In this document: one piece after another, positions 46,350 to 59,539 of the stretch
How the letters are laid out: every line of letters begins with the position of its first letter
How positions within the stretch are numbered: position 1 is the first letter of the stretch
From: Camelus ferus
Lineage: Eukaryota
Reading direction: 5' to 3'
Assembly (NCBI RefSeq): GCF_009834535.1
Contig: NC_045697.1
Span: forward strand, 12,648,001-12,712,000
Length of the DNA: 64,000 nt
Made by a program: the position numbers and the translations under genes
The notes under the pieces: model-generated
Seen by the model: the letters and a program-made list of their open reading frames with translations, nothing else
Told to the model about the DNA's origin: nothing
The model's database searches: none

Positions 46350-46700
46350 CACACATTCATTCATTCATTCATTCGTTCATCCATTCAGTTAACCATAAAC
46401 CCTGCAAATATGTATTGAGCACTCACCTCACTAAAGACTCTGGGTTAAGCTCCAAGCCTTCCAAAAGGAATGAGGGGAGATGTTCATTTAAGAAGCTCAC
46501 AGGGTACCGGAGTACCGGGGGAGAGGCGAAGGCGCTGCACATACTCGTCAGACCCATTGTGTTTGGAAAGACAGCACAGGAGTGGGAAACGGGGCGGGTG
46601 AGCTCAACACTCCAGGGAAGAAGATGCCAAGAAAATGACACAGGGACAGAGGCATAAAGGAAGAGTTATCTTTACTATGCAGAGAAGAAGAGTGTGTCTG
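46350..46700 (-). mobile_element. L2 3' end
   Basis: (CATT)n tail at 46356-46385 then aaatatgtattgagcactc. Confidence 0.55.
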
Positions 46701-49449
46701 ACCACGTATCTTCTTCAGGTAAATTGGCCCATTTCTTCTGTCTGAAGAACCATGTCTCTATTCTTTTTCCTGCACATGATTCCGGTGGGAATGGCTTCAC
46801 CCTGTGGATCTGGGGGAGAGCATGAGACCCAGGCCTGTCCAACATCACACGGCCAGTGACTGTAATAGTCTGTGTGAGTTACAGCAAATCATTTCATTAT
46901 CGCCTCAGCAACCTCCATGGAGAAAGGGGAAGATACTCTTCACGGTCTATATAATTTGTTTTGAAGATAAAAGATGATAATTAAAATAAAAACAGCAGAA
47001 CCATTCACGTGGGTCTGCCATAGATATTGCTTTAATTTAATTCCCTCATTTCACCATGAGGAGCAAATGACATGATGTGTATGGGATGCTTTCATACAGA
47101 GATCTGCAATCGTTATTATTATTATTTTTTTTCTGGATAGGATAAGAGTATGGAGAGAAGAAAAGTGGGTAAGAGGAAAGTGCAGAGATTATCTGGGTCA
47201 ACCTCAACCTTTTGATTGGTGTATTCCTTTATACCTTAATCCATTCCAAAGATGCGATCACATCGCTTATGGATTAAGAAACTGAGGCTCTGAGGGAAGA
47301 TGGTCTCAAGTTAACATGGCTTGACAGTCAGAGAGCGAGATAACTGCTCCCTCCTAGTTCAAGCTACTGCACTTTCTCCTATAATTTCTTCTTCTGGATG
47401 AAATTGTTATGGTCATTTACATATAGAAAATAATTGAAGTCTACCCTTAGAAAACAAAGCAAAGTTAGTTTTTACTTTTATTATTTTCTGACAGAGAACA
47501 TTTGGAGTGTGTGTGTTTGACTGTCATAAATAATGCTCTAGATGAAAGTGTGGGGGTTCGAGATTTTGTGGGGAGCACAGATCTGTCTTCCCTTGTCTGT
47601 TAGAGAGAAGGAGGCAGACAGCTGAATTGCCTTTCTGTATCATTTATCAGCATCCCTTCACTCCATTTGAAAGGAGCAACTTGATCATGAGAAGTCATAA
47701 AGGACCCAGGGCTTCAAGATACCTTTCCTGAATTGAGGCTAGTAAATCCTCTAGACATTCCAAGTCACTTGGATTTTCTGAGAAATCATCTCTAGAGCAG
47801 TGACCTAAGGATTACACAGAAAATAATTTCATATTCAATAGGAGTCTTATTATGTCCCTTTAATTTAAAACCAAAAAAAATCCTACCTATCCTTGTAATG
47901 TAATGGAAATTCAGCCTCTGGTGTTGTAGTACACCACACTCCCGACAATTTCACAATAAAAAATGTATATTTATTTCTTCCAAGAGTCATTTTTGCGTCC
48001 ACTATTCATTCATTTTAAATGTCTTTTCTATTCCCTTGCTAAGTAATGAATGTTCTTCTTTGTGCCTCCACCAGCTGTTTTGTCTAATCAGCTTTCTCAG
48101 ACAAGTGGACAGAAAGCATTTGTTGAATAGCCTGTGATAAAAGCTGTCAGGAGCGGTTGAGAATGCCTCTCTTGCTTACTTTATGCAGCCGGGGAAGAAA
48201 TTAGACATGCATGTCATACTGAGGGCATCTCGTTTTGAGACTTAGCTGGTGCTTTTGAAACAATACTAATTTTCCAATTAGACTCTACATAGACCGTGGA
48301 GTGCCTTATGAATGAAAATCAAGCATGGATTGCATTTAGACGAATTCCACGATGATTAATAATACACAGGGTGAAGGAAATTGATGCCGGCTGTGGTCTC
48401 TTATAGATTGTTAGATTTAAGATCATTTAACCAAACTCCTCACTTTATAAAGAGAGACGAGACGTGGAGAAGAAAATGATTTCCCTAATGTTGGCTCCCA
48501 ACACAGTGCTCATGTCCACCCCCAGGTAGATCTGTGTTTGGGTTTTTATATATTCTTCCATTTTGGAGTTGATGTCAGTGTTCCCTTTGACATCAGTATT
48601 TATTTATTTAGAGTAATGGCACAACTTTTATTTGGTGGTTTGGTTTTGCATTTGCAGTGGGGTTGTTTATTGACTTGTCGTTTTCATTTCAAATATTTTC
48701 TTTCAGCGGCTTCCCTCCCACTTCACAAAATGGACGTATCACAAAATTGGTGAGCTGGAAATGGGATGTGAAAGTTTACTTTTATACCCTTTATATTTTC
48801 TGGTTGTCTTAGAGACTGGGATATTGTATTACAATTGTAGCATTTTTCTTTTCCCAGAACATGTCAGAATGGTCATGCTTTGTATGTGTCTCTAAAAAAT
48901 TCTAGGGCTAAAAGGTCACTTAGGAATTATCTAAGCCCCCACCCACAGCAACTTACAATGAAGAAATTTAGACTCAGATAATTTAAATCAGGAGTCACAA
49001 ATTCAAATATTTACAGAATACAGACAGGGATCCTGGCAAAAGACAATAGGATTAAACAAACTACTCATATTTCAACCAAATTTAGCTAATTTCACATTCC
49101 ATCTCAAAAAATTGAGTGGTCCGAGCATTCGACTACCATCAGAAGGCAGTGTATCCAAAAGGCTTCTCAGTTTTGACCCTGATTTAATTTACATCCAGCA
49201 TCTGATACATGAGCCACGACTTGAGAGCCAGGATTAGGACCCTGCTCTTCTCAGCCTTAGTGCCGGGCTCTTTCCACTGCCCTGGGTGGCTTTTCCCATC
49301 TTCCAACTTATCTGACTGCTCCTTTATTTAAACCACAATATCTGTGTTGATGAGGAAAAAAATCACATGGGAAGTTTTTGTTGGCAGCAACAGTCAGGCA
49401 ATAATAAAATGCCTTTGAAGAAATTTTCTTGATTTTTTTTAACATCAAG

Positions 49450-49595
49450 TGTATGTGTGTATGTGATGTATGTATATATAGGTGTGTGTGTGTGTCTGTG
49501 TGAGTGTGTGCCTCTGTGTGTGAGTATGTGTCAATGTCTACATGTGTGCATGTGTTTATGCGTGCGCGCGCGCGCGTGTGTGTGTGTGTGTGTAC
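49450..49595 (+). repeat. Degenerate (TG)n tract ending in (CG)6(TG)8
   Basis: Direct read. Confidence 0.95.
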
Positions 49596-50829
49596 TGGTT
49601 GTCACGGCTCATTAATGATTTCTTCCCTGTGTTACCTGCTCAGTTCTCTGGGCAAAGGTGTGTAAGTGGCCATTGTCTCTATGCCCATATGTTTTGGGAT
49701 GGTTCTCTTCCTGCACCACTGTGCAGCATTCCCTATTTATCATGACCTGCAGAAAGCGATAGTTAAATTCATGTTTGTAGAGCCTTTCTTTAAGCCCATG
49801 GATTGGCCAAGGGATATTTCCAGAAGGAACAGAATTTTAAAGACTGATCAAAGCAATCTATCAGTATTCCCCCCTGATTTTTCACCAAAGCCCAGTTTTA
49901 AATTTCTAGATACTACCTTAGTAGACACCAATGAATTTTCGGTGCTTATTTGAGCTGTTTGTGCCAAATAGCAAAGAGCTAGTTTTGATGTAAGTTAATG
50001 ACTTTCATCCTGATTACAGTGAAAGATATTTTTATGGGAAGGAACTTGTATGCACCAAAGATACACGATGCTTTATTTGTCGTGTAAAAACCATTTTCTG
50101 GGACAGTATGCATCCAGAAAAAAAGTGTTTATTAAAAACAAAAAGAAAAAAGTGTTTTTAAACTGTACACTTGAAGAAGGAATTTGTGAGACCTCGAAAC
50201 TCAAATAAAGTGAGACTAAAACAGATTCATCTCCTTAGAGATGAATTCACCTTATTCTTGTGAGAGGACTCCTGGTGATGAAAAGTGATACCTACGTGTG
50301 TGTATTATAATGTTCAATTTAACTGTTTGGTGCAGTCACATAATATTTTTTTTCCCCTTGAAATTGAGCTGTAAGTAAGTAAGCCTTATTCAAATTCCAG
50401 TCAGGAAACGTCCCGAGTATAGAAACTAACTGGATATTGATTATATCAAACATTCTGCAAGTGACCAAGAAACTTATCGGTCCCCAGACTAAAACAGTCA
50501 GTCCCAGAGTGTGTCCTTCTACATCAGGCCACGACTACTTGGTAGAAAGCAAAGGAAAGGGGGATATTTAGTGGGCGTGCCGCATTACACTGATACACTT
50601 TCCAAAATGAAGGTATATTTGCAGAAGCTCAGCCAGTCTCTCCTCTACTTCCTACCAAAGACCAACAAAAACTTGAATTTCTATACAATTTTGCACCTTA
50701 CAAAGTCCTTCCAACACATTATGGTAGCCTTTCCTATCAACCACCAAGCAGGTGGAGTCCTCCCAAACTTACAATGAAAAAGAACAAAAAAAGAAGTGGA
50801 AGTTCATGAAAGTGCATGTGTGCAAAGCA

Positions 50830-51450
50830 AGGATTTTCCCACCATGGCTGAAGGTACCAAGGCCACAAATGTGACAACAGTGAAATTCCTGAAAAATCAA
50901 ATCTTGTTAGTGGCAAAGCTAGAACTACGTCCCTGGTTTTCTGGTTCCCAAACTAGTATCCATTCTGTGATTCATTCAATGAAAGTTCATTGACTATTTA
51001 TTTTATGACAGTCACTGTCCTAGTTGCTGAGGCTAAAAAGTTAAATAGGATATGGTTCTTGCTTTCATGGATCTCTGTTCCAGTGGAGGATACAGTAAAA
51101 TATAGAAGCAACTACAGTGTACAGTGTGGTGAGGGCTCTGAGCAATCCACATGCCGGAGGCCACTGGGAACACCACTGATCTGAGGAGTAGGGACCACTT
51201 TTAAGGGAAACTACAGTTACCCAAGTTCTGAAGGGCATGTTGATATTTTCTAAGTACAGCAAGCTTCCTAAAGGCAATAGGAGAAGCAGAAGGTGCATGC
51301 AAGGACCCAGAGGTGAGAAGGAATGCAAACGAGAAACAGAATGAGCGAACACACCGTCTTTGGCGACCTGGATGAAATTAAATCTTGCTGGAGCGTAGAC
51401 TGAGCGGCATGAAGTGACGAGAGATCAGGATGGAGATGTTAGCAGGGGGC
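50830..51450 (-). mobile_element. MIR piece (50830-50950) followed by L2 3' region (50960-51450)
   Basis: gttagtggcaaagctagaactac; gattcattcaatgaaagttcattgactattt; ggttcttgctttcatggatctctgttccagtggagg; gtgcatgcaaggacccagaggtgaga. Confidence 0.65.
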
Positions 51451-52496
51451 CCTGTTCGCTGTACCTCTTCTCTTTCCAGCACATTTGGCTACATCTCTGA
51501 GCGTGTAAATCAGGCTGCCTCACGTTTCTAATCAGGAAAACTGCTGTTCTCGGTGCCTGAGTGCAACCAGAGCTGCTAATGGGCCTCCCTTTGACCTGCG
51601 GTTTCTGAGGAAGGGAATCATGCTCTTGATGACTGCCAGGGGGGTCATCGACTTAGACTTACAGGGAATCAAGGCTGCAATTAGGGAGGCCTGGGCATTT
51701 GGTACTGAGTTTGGCAAAGCAGAAATCCCCCTGCCAGTAGGGAAAAGCTCTCCAGAAGGTGTTAGCCCTCAGTTGCTTGCCAAGATTCTTTAGGCACCAG
51801 ACACTGTAAGGTGAACTAGCCTGTCAGGGTATCCTGGTGATTCAACATTAGGCACAGACATGGCAATCTGCTTCTAGGCTTGTTTTATTGAGACAAACTT
51901 GCTTTATGAGAAGGATACACTTTCTAATATTTCTGTGGCTTGACTTACAACTCATGTTTTGTTAATCTCTCAGCTAGACTCAATCAGACACAATAATCTG
52001 GCTGATTAAATACAAGGTCAAGTACTATATATTGCTTAGAGTTGGCTCTCTCTGAGTTCCCAAGAATTCTACATGTAGCTGCAGAAACCACCTTTGGCAG
52101 TTACATAGTAATAATGAAGGGAAAGCATTTCGGGTTAGAATATTTAATACACATTTATTGATACACTTCTGTAGAGCGGTACCCTGATCCACTATGGAAG
52201 ATCAGTGACACAAGACATTTCCATGGAGTGGATTATTTATTTCAGCAATTTTTTTCAGCAAAGATTAGGTGAGACTCCTTTCTTGTCAGGCTTTAAATTA
52301 GTTAGTACTCCCTTATAAAATGCAGTGAGTAAAAGTTTCAATTCTTTAAGTCAGATGTCAGATAAAAGTTTTTTTTTTTAAAAAAACAAATTTCATTTGT
52401 CTTCTGTTTTAGAGTTTAGAAAGTAAAGATGAGATTTTTATCTGCACTAGTTTCCCAGTCATTTTCTGGTGAGATCCTCTTTCAGAATTGCTTACA

Positions 52497-52944
52497 TGAT
52501 ATGTTGAATTGTGTCCCCGCAAAAGATATGTTGAAGTCTTAACCTCCAGAACCTCAGAATGTGACACTATTTGGAAATCGGGGTATAACAGTTGTAATTA
52601 ATTAAGATGAGGTCATACTCGAGTAGGGTGGGCCCTAATCCAATATGACTAGTGTACATAGAGGAGAAGGAGAGTGAGAAACATGGGAAGAAAACCATGT
52701 ACAGACAGGGGCAGAAATTAATATGATGCATCTACAAGCAAAGGCATGCCAAGGACTGCCAACCCTCACCAGAAGCCAGAGAAGAGGTGTGAAACAGTGT
52801 CACTCAGAGTCCTTGGAAGGAATCAGCCTTACTAGCACCTTGATTTGGGCTTCTATCCTCTGGATCTGTCAGACAACACATTTATGTTATTTTGAGGCAC
52901 CTAGTTTATGGTATTCTGTTGTGGTCGCCCTAGGGAACTAAGAT
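52497..52944 (+). mobile_element. MaLR LTR (MLT1C/D-type), near full length
   Basis: gttgaattgtgtccccgcaaaagatatgttgaagtc; taagatgaggtcatactcgagtagggtgggccctaatcc; ctacaagcaaaggcatgccaaggactgcc; ends ccctagggaactaagata. Confidence 0.88.
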
Positions 52945-54413
52945 AAATGGTCTGAGCAAAACTACAGAGTCCTTTCCTCCATGATCCCCAGCTTGTGAAG
53001 ATCTTGAGCTCCATGGATATGACTGGTCCTTGTTTGTTTTACCTGACATGAACTGCCTCCTTCCCTTTTTCAAAGGATGTTTGAAAGGGTGGATGTCCAA
53101 TTAAAATTTCTCCTTTCACATTTAGGGCAATGAAAGATGGACTTCTATTCTTATACAGAAATGTTACAAAAAGGAAAGCACAAAATTCTTATGATGTCAT
53201 ACAAGACAAAATGGCTGTAGCATACCTATTACTGTTCCTCTTGATTATAATCTATGTGAATTAGCTCCTGGGACTATTGATACTGCAGGTCTGCTGCACC
53301 ATGCTGTCCTCGTAACATTTCATCAAGACCGTGTGTCCACAGGTGAGAGACAAGCAGTCCTCGGATGAGTGGCCGAGGCCTCAGCCTCCCCGGTACATTA
53401 GTCTTAGGGTCACCGTGCATTCTGCCTCTCAGTCTTCCTACTGACTGAGAGCAGATGGGCACTAAATTCTAGGATGCATGGGAAAATCCTTGTATTGGAC
53501 CATTTTCCAAGGCAAAACAAGAGACAATGATGTTTTAGTCTGGCTTGGCAGTAGCACTGGTCTTGTAAAATAAGGACCGGTAAGAGATTGTCGTAAGGTT
53601 CAGGGATACTCGTCTTTGGCACTAATATCTCAGCTGCTCAGAGCTCTCCAACCACATGTATTAATTTGGCTTCTAATTTGTGTTAAATTTTGCATTGTTT
53701 TTGACTTCATCTAATTTCCAATTAGACAGTCAATCCATGGTTAATTTGTTGTATTGTGCTAGATTACAAATTTTCCATTTCAGTTTAATTTAGATAATGA
53801 CAGTCTAAAAACTGAGATAGACCTCAGTTTGCTACCCAGGCTGATAGTGTTTGTTTGTGGTGAAACAAAGACCATGCATTCCTCCTTAAGCACAAGATTG
53901 TCTTTCAGCCAATGGAGTGGTTTAGTAATCAGGTTCTCCAAAGTGATGAAGAACATAGCCTTCACACGGCACTCATGATAACATTGCTTGGTTTAATTAA
54001 ATTGTGACACCAAATCCAAATCCACTGGCCTAATGTTGAACTGGCCCAGACTTTCTACTCTGTCAGAAGATTGTAGCACCCACTCTTCCTTAGACCAAAA
54101 CCAGTTGCTATAAAAGAATCTCTTAATAGCTGTAAAGAAGCAAGTGAAACAGACACTAAAACAAGCTTATTAGAATATGTTGGGTAAGAAGACCACAGAT
54201 TTGTTTCTTGCTTGGTTTTGGCAGGTGAACTGTTTATTCACAAAACAAGGGAAGTGAGAGCAGAATGAGATTTCTTTTGGTACCTTGAGCTGCAGGCAAG
54301 CTGACCATGTGATCATGTTACCACGCTGTGAAGCAGTCTGCACAGTTGACAATGAGAAGTGGTTTTCACGAGTTTGGGAAAAACTTGAGAGCGCTCTCCA
54401 AGAGTGTGAAAGT

Positions 54414-54775
54414 CTCTCATGGACTGAATGCTTGTGTCCCCTGAAATTTGTATGTTGAAATCCTGACCCTCAGTGTGATGGTAGTAGGAGGTGGTGCCTT
54501 TAGGAGGTTTGGGTCTTAAAGGCAGAGCTCATGAATGGAATTGTTCCCTTATAAGAAGAGACAGATGAGTTTGCCATCTCTCTCTGCTCTCTACCATGTG
54601 AAGATACAAGGAGAAGACAGCCATCTACAAGTCAGGAAGCAGGACAGACAGTGGATCTGCCAGAACTTTATCTTGGACTTCCCAGCCTCCAAAACTGTGA
54701 GAAATAAATGTCTGTGGTTTAAGTCACGCAGTCTATGGTATTTTTGTTACATAGCATCGCTAGCTGATTGAAACA
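54414..54775 (+). mobile_element. MaLR LTR (MLT1A/B-type)
   Basis: atggactgaatgcttgtgtcccctg; tatcttggacttcccagcctccaaaactgtgagaaataaatg; gtctatggtatttttgttac. Confidence 0.88.
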
Positions 54776-55569
54776 AAGGTGTATTTTTCAAAGGATGAAG
54801 CCAAAGTTTCTGGCATTATTGAATTCATAATTTTAGAATTTTTAATTTTTGAGCTCTACAATTTGTGTGTTCTCTCTTCTAATTGATGAGTTTCTGTTTT
54901 TATTACATCTTGCTTGCAATACCAAGGTTAGGGAAAGAGTATATTGAGCAGTTATGGTGCTGCCTTAATGTCATATAACAGAGAATTTGAAAATCAAAAA
55001 GTATTACTCTGAATCTGACTCTGCTCTTTTCTAAGTATGTGGTATGTGTCCTTGGAAAATTAAACCTCTGTGGATTTTTTTTTTTTTTCTGTGAAAGCAG
55101 ATGTTTGCTAGAATAGAACCTTGGTTAACAGAAGTCAAAGTTCCTAGCACTGGATCCAATGAATCAGTTCTGATTGGGGTAAGCAGTAATAACCAGAACC
55201 AGCAGGATATAAAACTTTATTACAGGTAAGAAGTATGAAAAGTGTCTTATATAGCAGAAAAGGGCAGACACCAGAAAGGGTCAAAATCAAAGAGAACCTA
55301 AATGCTATAAAATTGTTCTCTGGCATAGAAAGCACCTTCTTTTAAGACATAATGCTTATTCCCTAAAAAGAAAGGGACTATAATTACACATAGAAAAATA
55401 TTTTTTCACCTCCTTTCAGTCAGCCATGACTTTCAGTGTTTTATACACTGTGTTTCCTTGTCTTCTATGACATATATTTCCTTGGTGTCACACATATCCA
55501 CTGAATCTCTGCTGCTCCTTTTTTTTTTTTTTTTTTTTAATCCTTCTGCGTATGTTTTTCTTTAACTGG

Positions 55570-56792
55570 CTGGTACATGGTAGAGTTTCTTAGAGCAGGG
55601 CCTGCACCTTATTCTCTCCCTGTAGGAAGCCTCACATACAACTACAGTTTTAATCATCACCTTATGTCAAAAACTCCTAAATATAAATCCCTAAGTCCTG
55701 ACCTTTTGCTAGAGTTTCAGATCTGTGTATCCAACTGTCTCTTTCATATCTTCAGTTAGATGTCTCAAAGTCACCTCAAATCCAACACATCCAAAGACAA
55801 ATACCTACTTGTCATCTGCAAACCTGTTTTCTCTTTTTTTCCTAGGTGCTGTCCTCAATGGTACTGCCTTCTATTAAGCTGCTTAAACAAAACGTTAGAG
55901 TACCACCTTGGAAGTCTTTTTTCTCATCTTGAATCCACCAAGTTCTCTATATTTTCACCGTTATTTTCCTATCCAAGCTAATGTCATGTCTCGTGTGAAC
56001 TTCAGCCACATCAAGTCTCTACCCATTCTTGCCCCTTCTAATCTAATTCATATTTTATAGCCAAGGTGATCACTTTAATACCTGAATCGGAATTAGCAAC
56101 ATACCTTTTTGTTTCCAGTGGGTGGGTATGCCTGTGGTAGAGGATTGTACTCTTTTCTTCACTCTCATCTCATCATCCAGTTTCCTGGTGGTGTCTTCTA
56201 TTGGGTGGATGTATCTGGAAGCTGGAGGGTAAGGGAGCCCATTGTTGGAGCTCTCAGAGTTTCTTCTTCTTGGGTATAGGGTGTGGTGAAGAAGAATATA
56301 GAGTAGATCTGGAGGGCTACTTTGAGCATGAAGATTTCCAGCCCAACTGCTAGTCAGTTCCCTGCCTCACTTCCTGCCTAATTTCATGCCATTCTTCTTT
56401 CTAACACTCTCTGTTCCAGCTAAACTGGTCTTCTTCATTCAGGTACTTGGATAAGCTCCCTGCTTTTCATATGCTGATCAGTGTACCTGGAAAGACCCCC
56501 CCTTGCCCAACCTTTCTACTTAGATAATTTCTGCTTATCTTTTGTATATTAGCTCCAACTTCCACATGGAAGCCTTCCCTATACCCTCAGATTAGGTCAG
56601 GCCTCCTATTATACACTCCTGCAGTACCGTGCACTTTTACTGCATAGTACTTGTCATAGGCTTAATTTTATATTTTTCTCTGATTTTTTAATTAATATCT
56701 AACTCCTCCGTGAAACTGTCAACTCCTCAGCCTCTAACCCAATGCATGGCACATGAAAGATGTTTGCACAATATGTGTCAAATGAATAAATG
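55570..56792 (+). mobile_element. L2a 3' region (interrupted at about 56110-56345)
   Basis: tgtgtatccaactgtctctttcatatcttcagttagatgtctcaaagtcacctcaaatccaacacatccaaa; ctctctgttccagctaaactggtcttc; ends tgtcaaatgaataaatg. Confidence 0.8.
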
Positions 56793-58054
56793 TGTTTATT
56801 GTTATATCATGATGTATAGGTGAAAAGGGAAAAGAGAAAGTTTTGAATGGGTGACTCACACACCTTTATTTTAGCTATCCTTCTAAATTTGACAAAGAAA
56901 GTGAGCACTCTTTTAAGTATCAAGTATTGGCCCAGAAGTTGAAGCTTACAACTTAATGAGAGCAGTACATAGTAATGCATATAAGAAGAACTTCATTTTC
57001 AGAGGAAGAGTTAGATGGAATTAGGTAAAGAACTTTCTTACCGCATAAGTTGTCATGGGACATGAAAAAAAAATCATAGTTCTGTCCTTTGGTTTAGGTT
57101 TTCTGATAGAAAATCAAACAAATACTTAAATGTAACTCTGCTGAGCACTTTCTGCAGCTCCCCCTGCCACCACCCACCCCAACAAGATCTTATTTGTCAA
57201 AGTATGAATATTTGTGTTGCTAAAGGAAATCATCAAAGGCAAAAAGTAGTGACTTTTACTTTGGATGTGAAGTGGGGATATTTGTCTGAGACGTTTTTAG
57301 GCATCAAACTGAAGAGGGCTTCCAGTGAGGGTTCATGAAAAATTGATCTTCCCCTGTTCTCAGAGGGGAAACTGAAACTTGGTGTGCTTTTTTCATTGTG
57401 TGTCTTGGTAGAGCGGAGAAAACCAAGAAGCAAACAAAAAGCATTTCAAGCCTTCAAGTATTAGACACTTAAGATATAAAGATTCTTTCTGAGAATACTG
57501 AGTTGCGTGGAGGATTATATTAGTGAAATATGAACCTATCACCTGCCATTTGTGGTTCAAATTCTACTTGGGTGGGAAACAGGTAGAATGTATTTCACTG
57601 ACTGATACATTTAAAAAGGTATATGTAAAACATACTGGGGGCTTACATCCAAATCCCTGAAACTGTATACCACCAGTTTAATGGGTATTGTAGTTACCAG
57701 CTTAGTGGCTATTGGTATGAATTCATACCAATTTTTATGCTACATTTGTTAGCCTAAGGGGTTAGTGAGCAGCATAATAAGGGGTTATTAGAAGAATACT
57801 GACACTAAGCAGATTAAGACCAAGAACCTCAAGTTTGTAATCTTTAATTTTTTATTTAGTATTTTAGTTCACAAGTTTGTGTCAGTAATTGGTTTTCAAA
57901 ATGATATCATGTAAAATTTAAAAAAAGGCTTTCTCTTCATTGTTTAACACAAATAAATTGAAATGCCAAATGACACATTGTTACATTACTAAAGAACTAA
58001 TGTTTATCAAGCAATCGTCATGTGTCAGCAACAGTTTTGGGCACTGCACTGGTT

Positions 58055-58515
58055 AGCACTTGTAACAATAGAGCTGTGTAAGAAATTATCCCAATACCAA
58101 GTGACTTAAGGCAGTCATTTATTTGCATGAGTCTGCTGGTCAGTTAAGGTGGTTCTGCTGATACAGGTTGGGCTCTACTGGGCAGCCCTGCTTCAAGCTG
58201 CTAATCAGTGAAGTAGCAGAAGCAATTCTGTTTTCTGTATCTTTCATCCTCCTTTGTCTAGCAAGCTACTTGAGGTATGTTCTTCTCATGTTAATGGCAG
58301 GAACACGAGTGAATAAACAAATACACAGGGCCTCTGAGGACCTAGGCTCATAACCGACATATGTGTCGTATCTACTCACATGTCATTTGACCAAAGCTAG
58401 TTACATCCAGCCTCCAAGTCCATGAGGGACATGCACTCTACCCAGGATGAGGACGTGGCAAAGGTCTAGATGGAGGGAGGGGGATGGGGGTGGGTCCAAT
58501 CATTCAGTCTCCTGT
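58055..58515 (-). mobile_element. Old MaLR LTR (MLT1H/I-type)
   Basis: gctgtgtaagaaattatcccaataccaagtgacttaagg; gttcttctcatgttaatggcagga; cacatgtcatttgaccaaagctagttacat. Confidence 0.7.
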
Positions 58516-58529
58516 AGGGACACTTAAAA

Positions 58530-58720
58530 TTCTTCACCTCACTTAATTCTCATAACAGCTCTGTGAGGTATTACTATGCACAATTTAGAGATGAAGAAAC
58601 CAAGGCTCAAAAGTCTGAATAGCTTCCTGTTTCCTAAGATAACTAAATGGCAAAGTGAGACCCAGCATCTGGTTTGCTTGACTTCAGAGCTTATGCTTTC
58701 TCCTGCTGGAGCATCTCTTA
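58530..58720 (-). mobile_element. MIR SINE
   Basis: ttaattctcataacagctctgtgaggtattac...tttagagatgaagaaaccaaggctca. Confidence 0.7.
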
Positions 58721-59219
58721 ATGTCACAATGTTTTTACTAAAGTTTGGGCATAAATCACTATGAAGAATGAGTGAAAATGAAAGTTTATTGACATAGTTT
58801 TTCCTCCTAATTTAGCTTTACTCCTTTTTAAAAATTCAGATAATATTCTAAGTAGAAAATTAAATCTATGTCAACTGATTTGCCCTTTTCCTTTTATCTT
58901 TATCTTTCTTAGATGTTAGGAAAAAAAGGAAAAAGAAACACAACAAAAAGAAGAATCATACTATTTTTCAAAGAGAAAATAAAAACTTAAAAGTGTATTT
59001 AAAATTAAACCTTAAAAATCCATTCTGATTCTATTTTACCTTAGAATTCCTCCGAATTATGTTCTCATGAAGTTATTGTTTTCAATTTTTAAAAATTCTA
59101 ATTACATGGTGGTTTCTTTTTCCTGTTTTCCCAGTTTTCTGGTTCAACATATTGAGCATTTTTTCTTGTTCTACAGTTAATATGATAAAATTCTATGGTT
59201 ATAAATATCAGTAAGAGGT

Positions 59220-59400
59220 ATTAATAATAGCTGGCATTTATTAAATGCAAGTCATGGTCTGGACACGACTCATCCTAACTCATTTGGTACTCACAAAGAC
59301 CATGTAAATTGGAATGATATAATGTAAAGTGCTCTGGATTCAAATCTACAGCGTACCAAGCTAAATGATCTTGACCTAGTGGCTTAAATTCAGAGACACA
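59220..59400 (-). mobile_element. MIR SINE fragment
   Basis: taataatagctggcatttattaaatgcaagtcatggtctggacac. Confidence 0.5.
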
Positions 59401-59539
59401 CAGCTTTATTATTATGTAATAGAGATTGCCTTTCACAGCTATCACAAAAATTATACATATATATAAAATATATAAATTACATAGCATGTATGTGTGCATG
59501 TGTACATAATACCATTCTTTGAATGTATGATAAACTTAT

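Noticed and set aside
50225-50246. 9-bp stem hairpin attcatctc-ctta-gagatgaat
   Set aside because: A few 9-bp inverted repeats with short loops are expected by chance in 64 kb; it has no pre-miRNA-length stem.
53289-53342. Possible 54-nt exon (..ctgcag|GTCTGC...CCACAG|gtgaga)
   Set aside because: The donor is good but the polypyrimidine tract is weak, the peptide is unrecognisable and there are no partner exons. It cannot be supported without RNA-seq or conservation.
56985-57060. Possible L3/CR1 3' fragment
   Set aside because: Similarity is too short and degenerate to call confidently without an HMM search.
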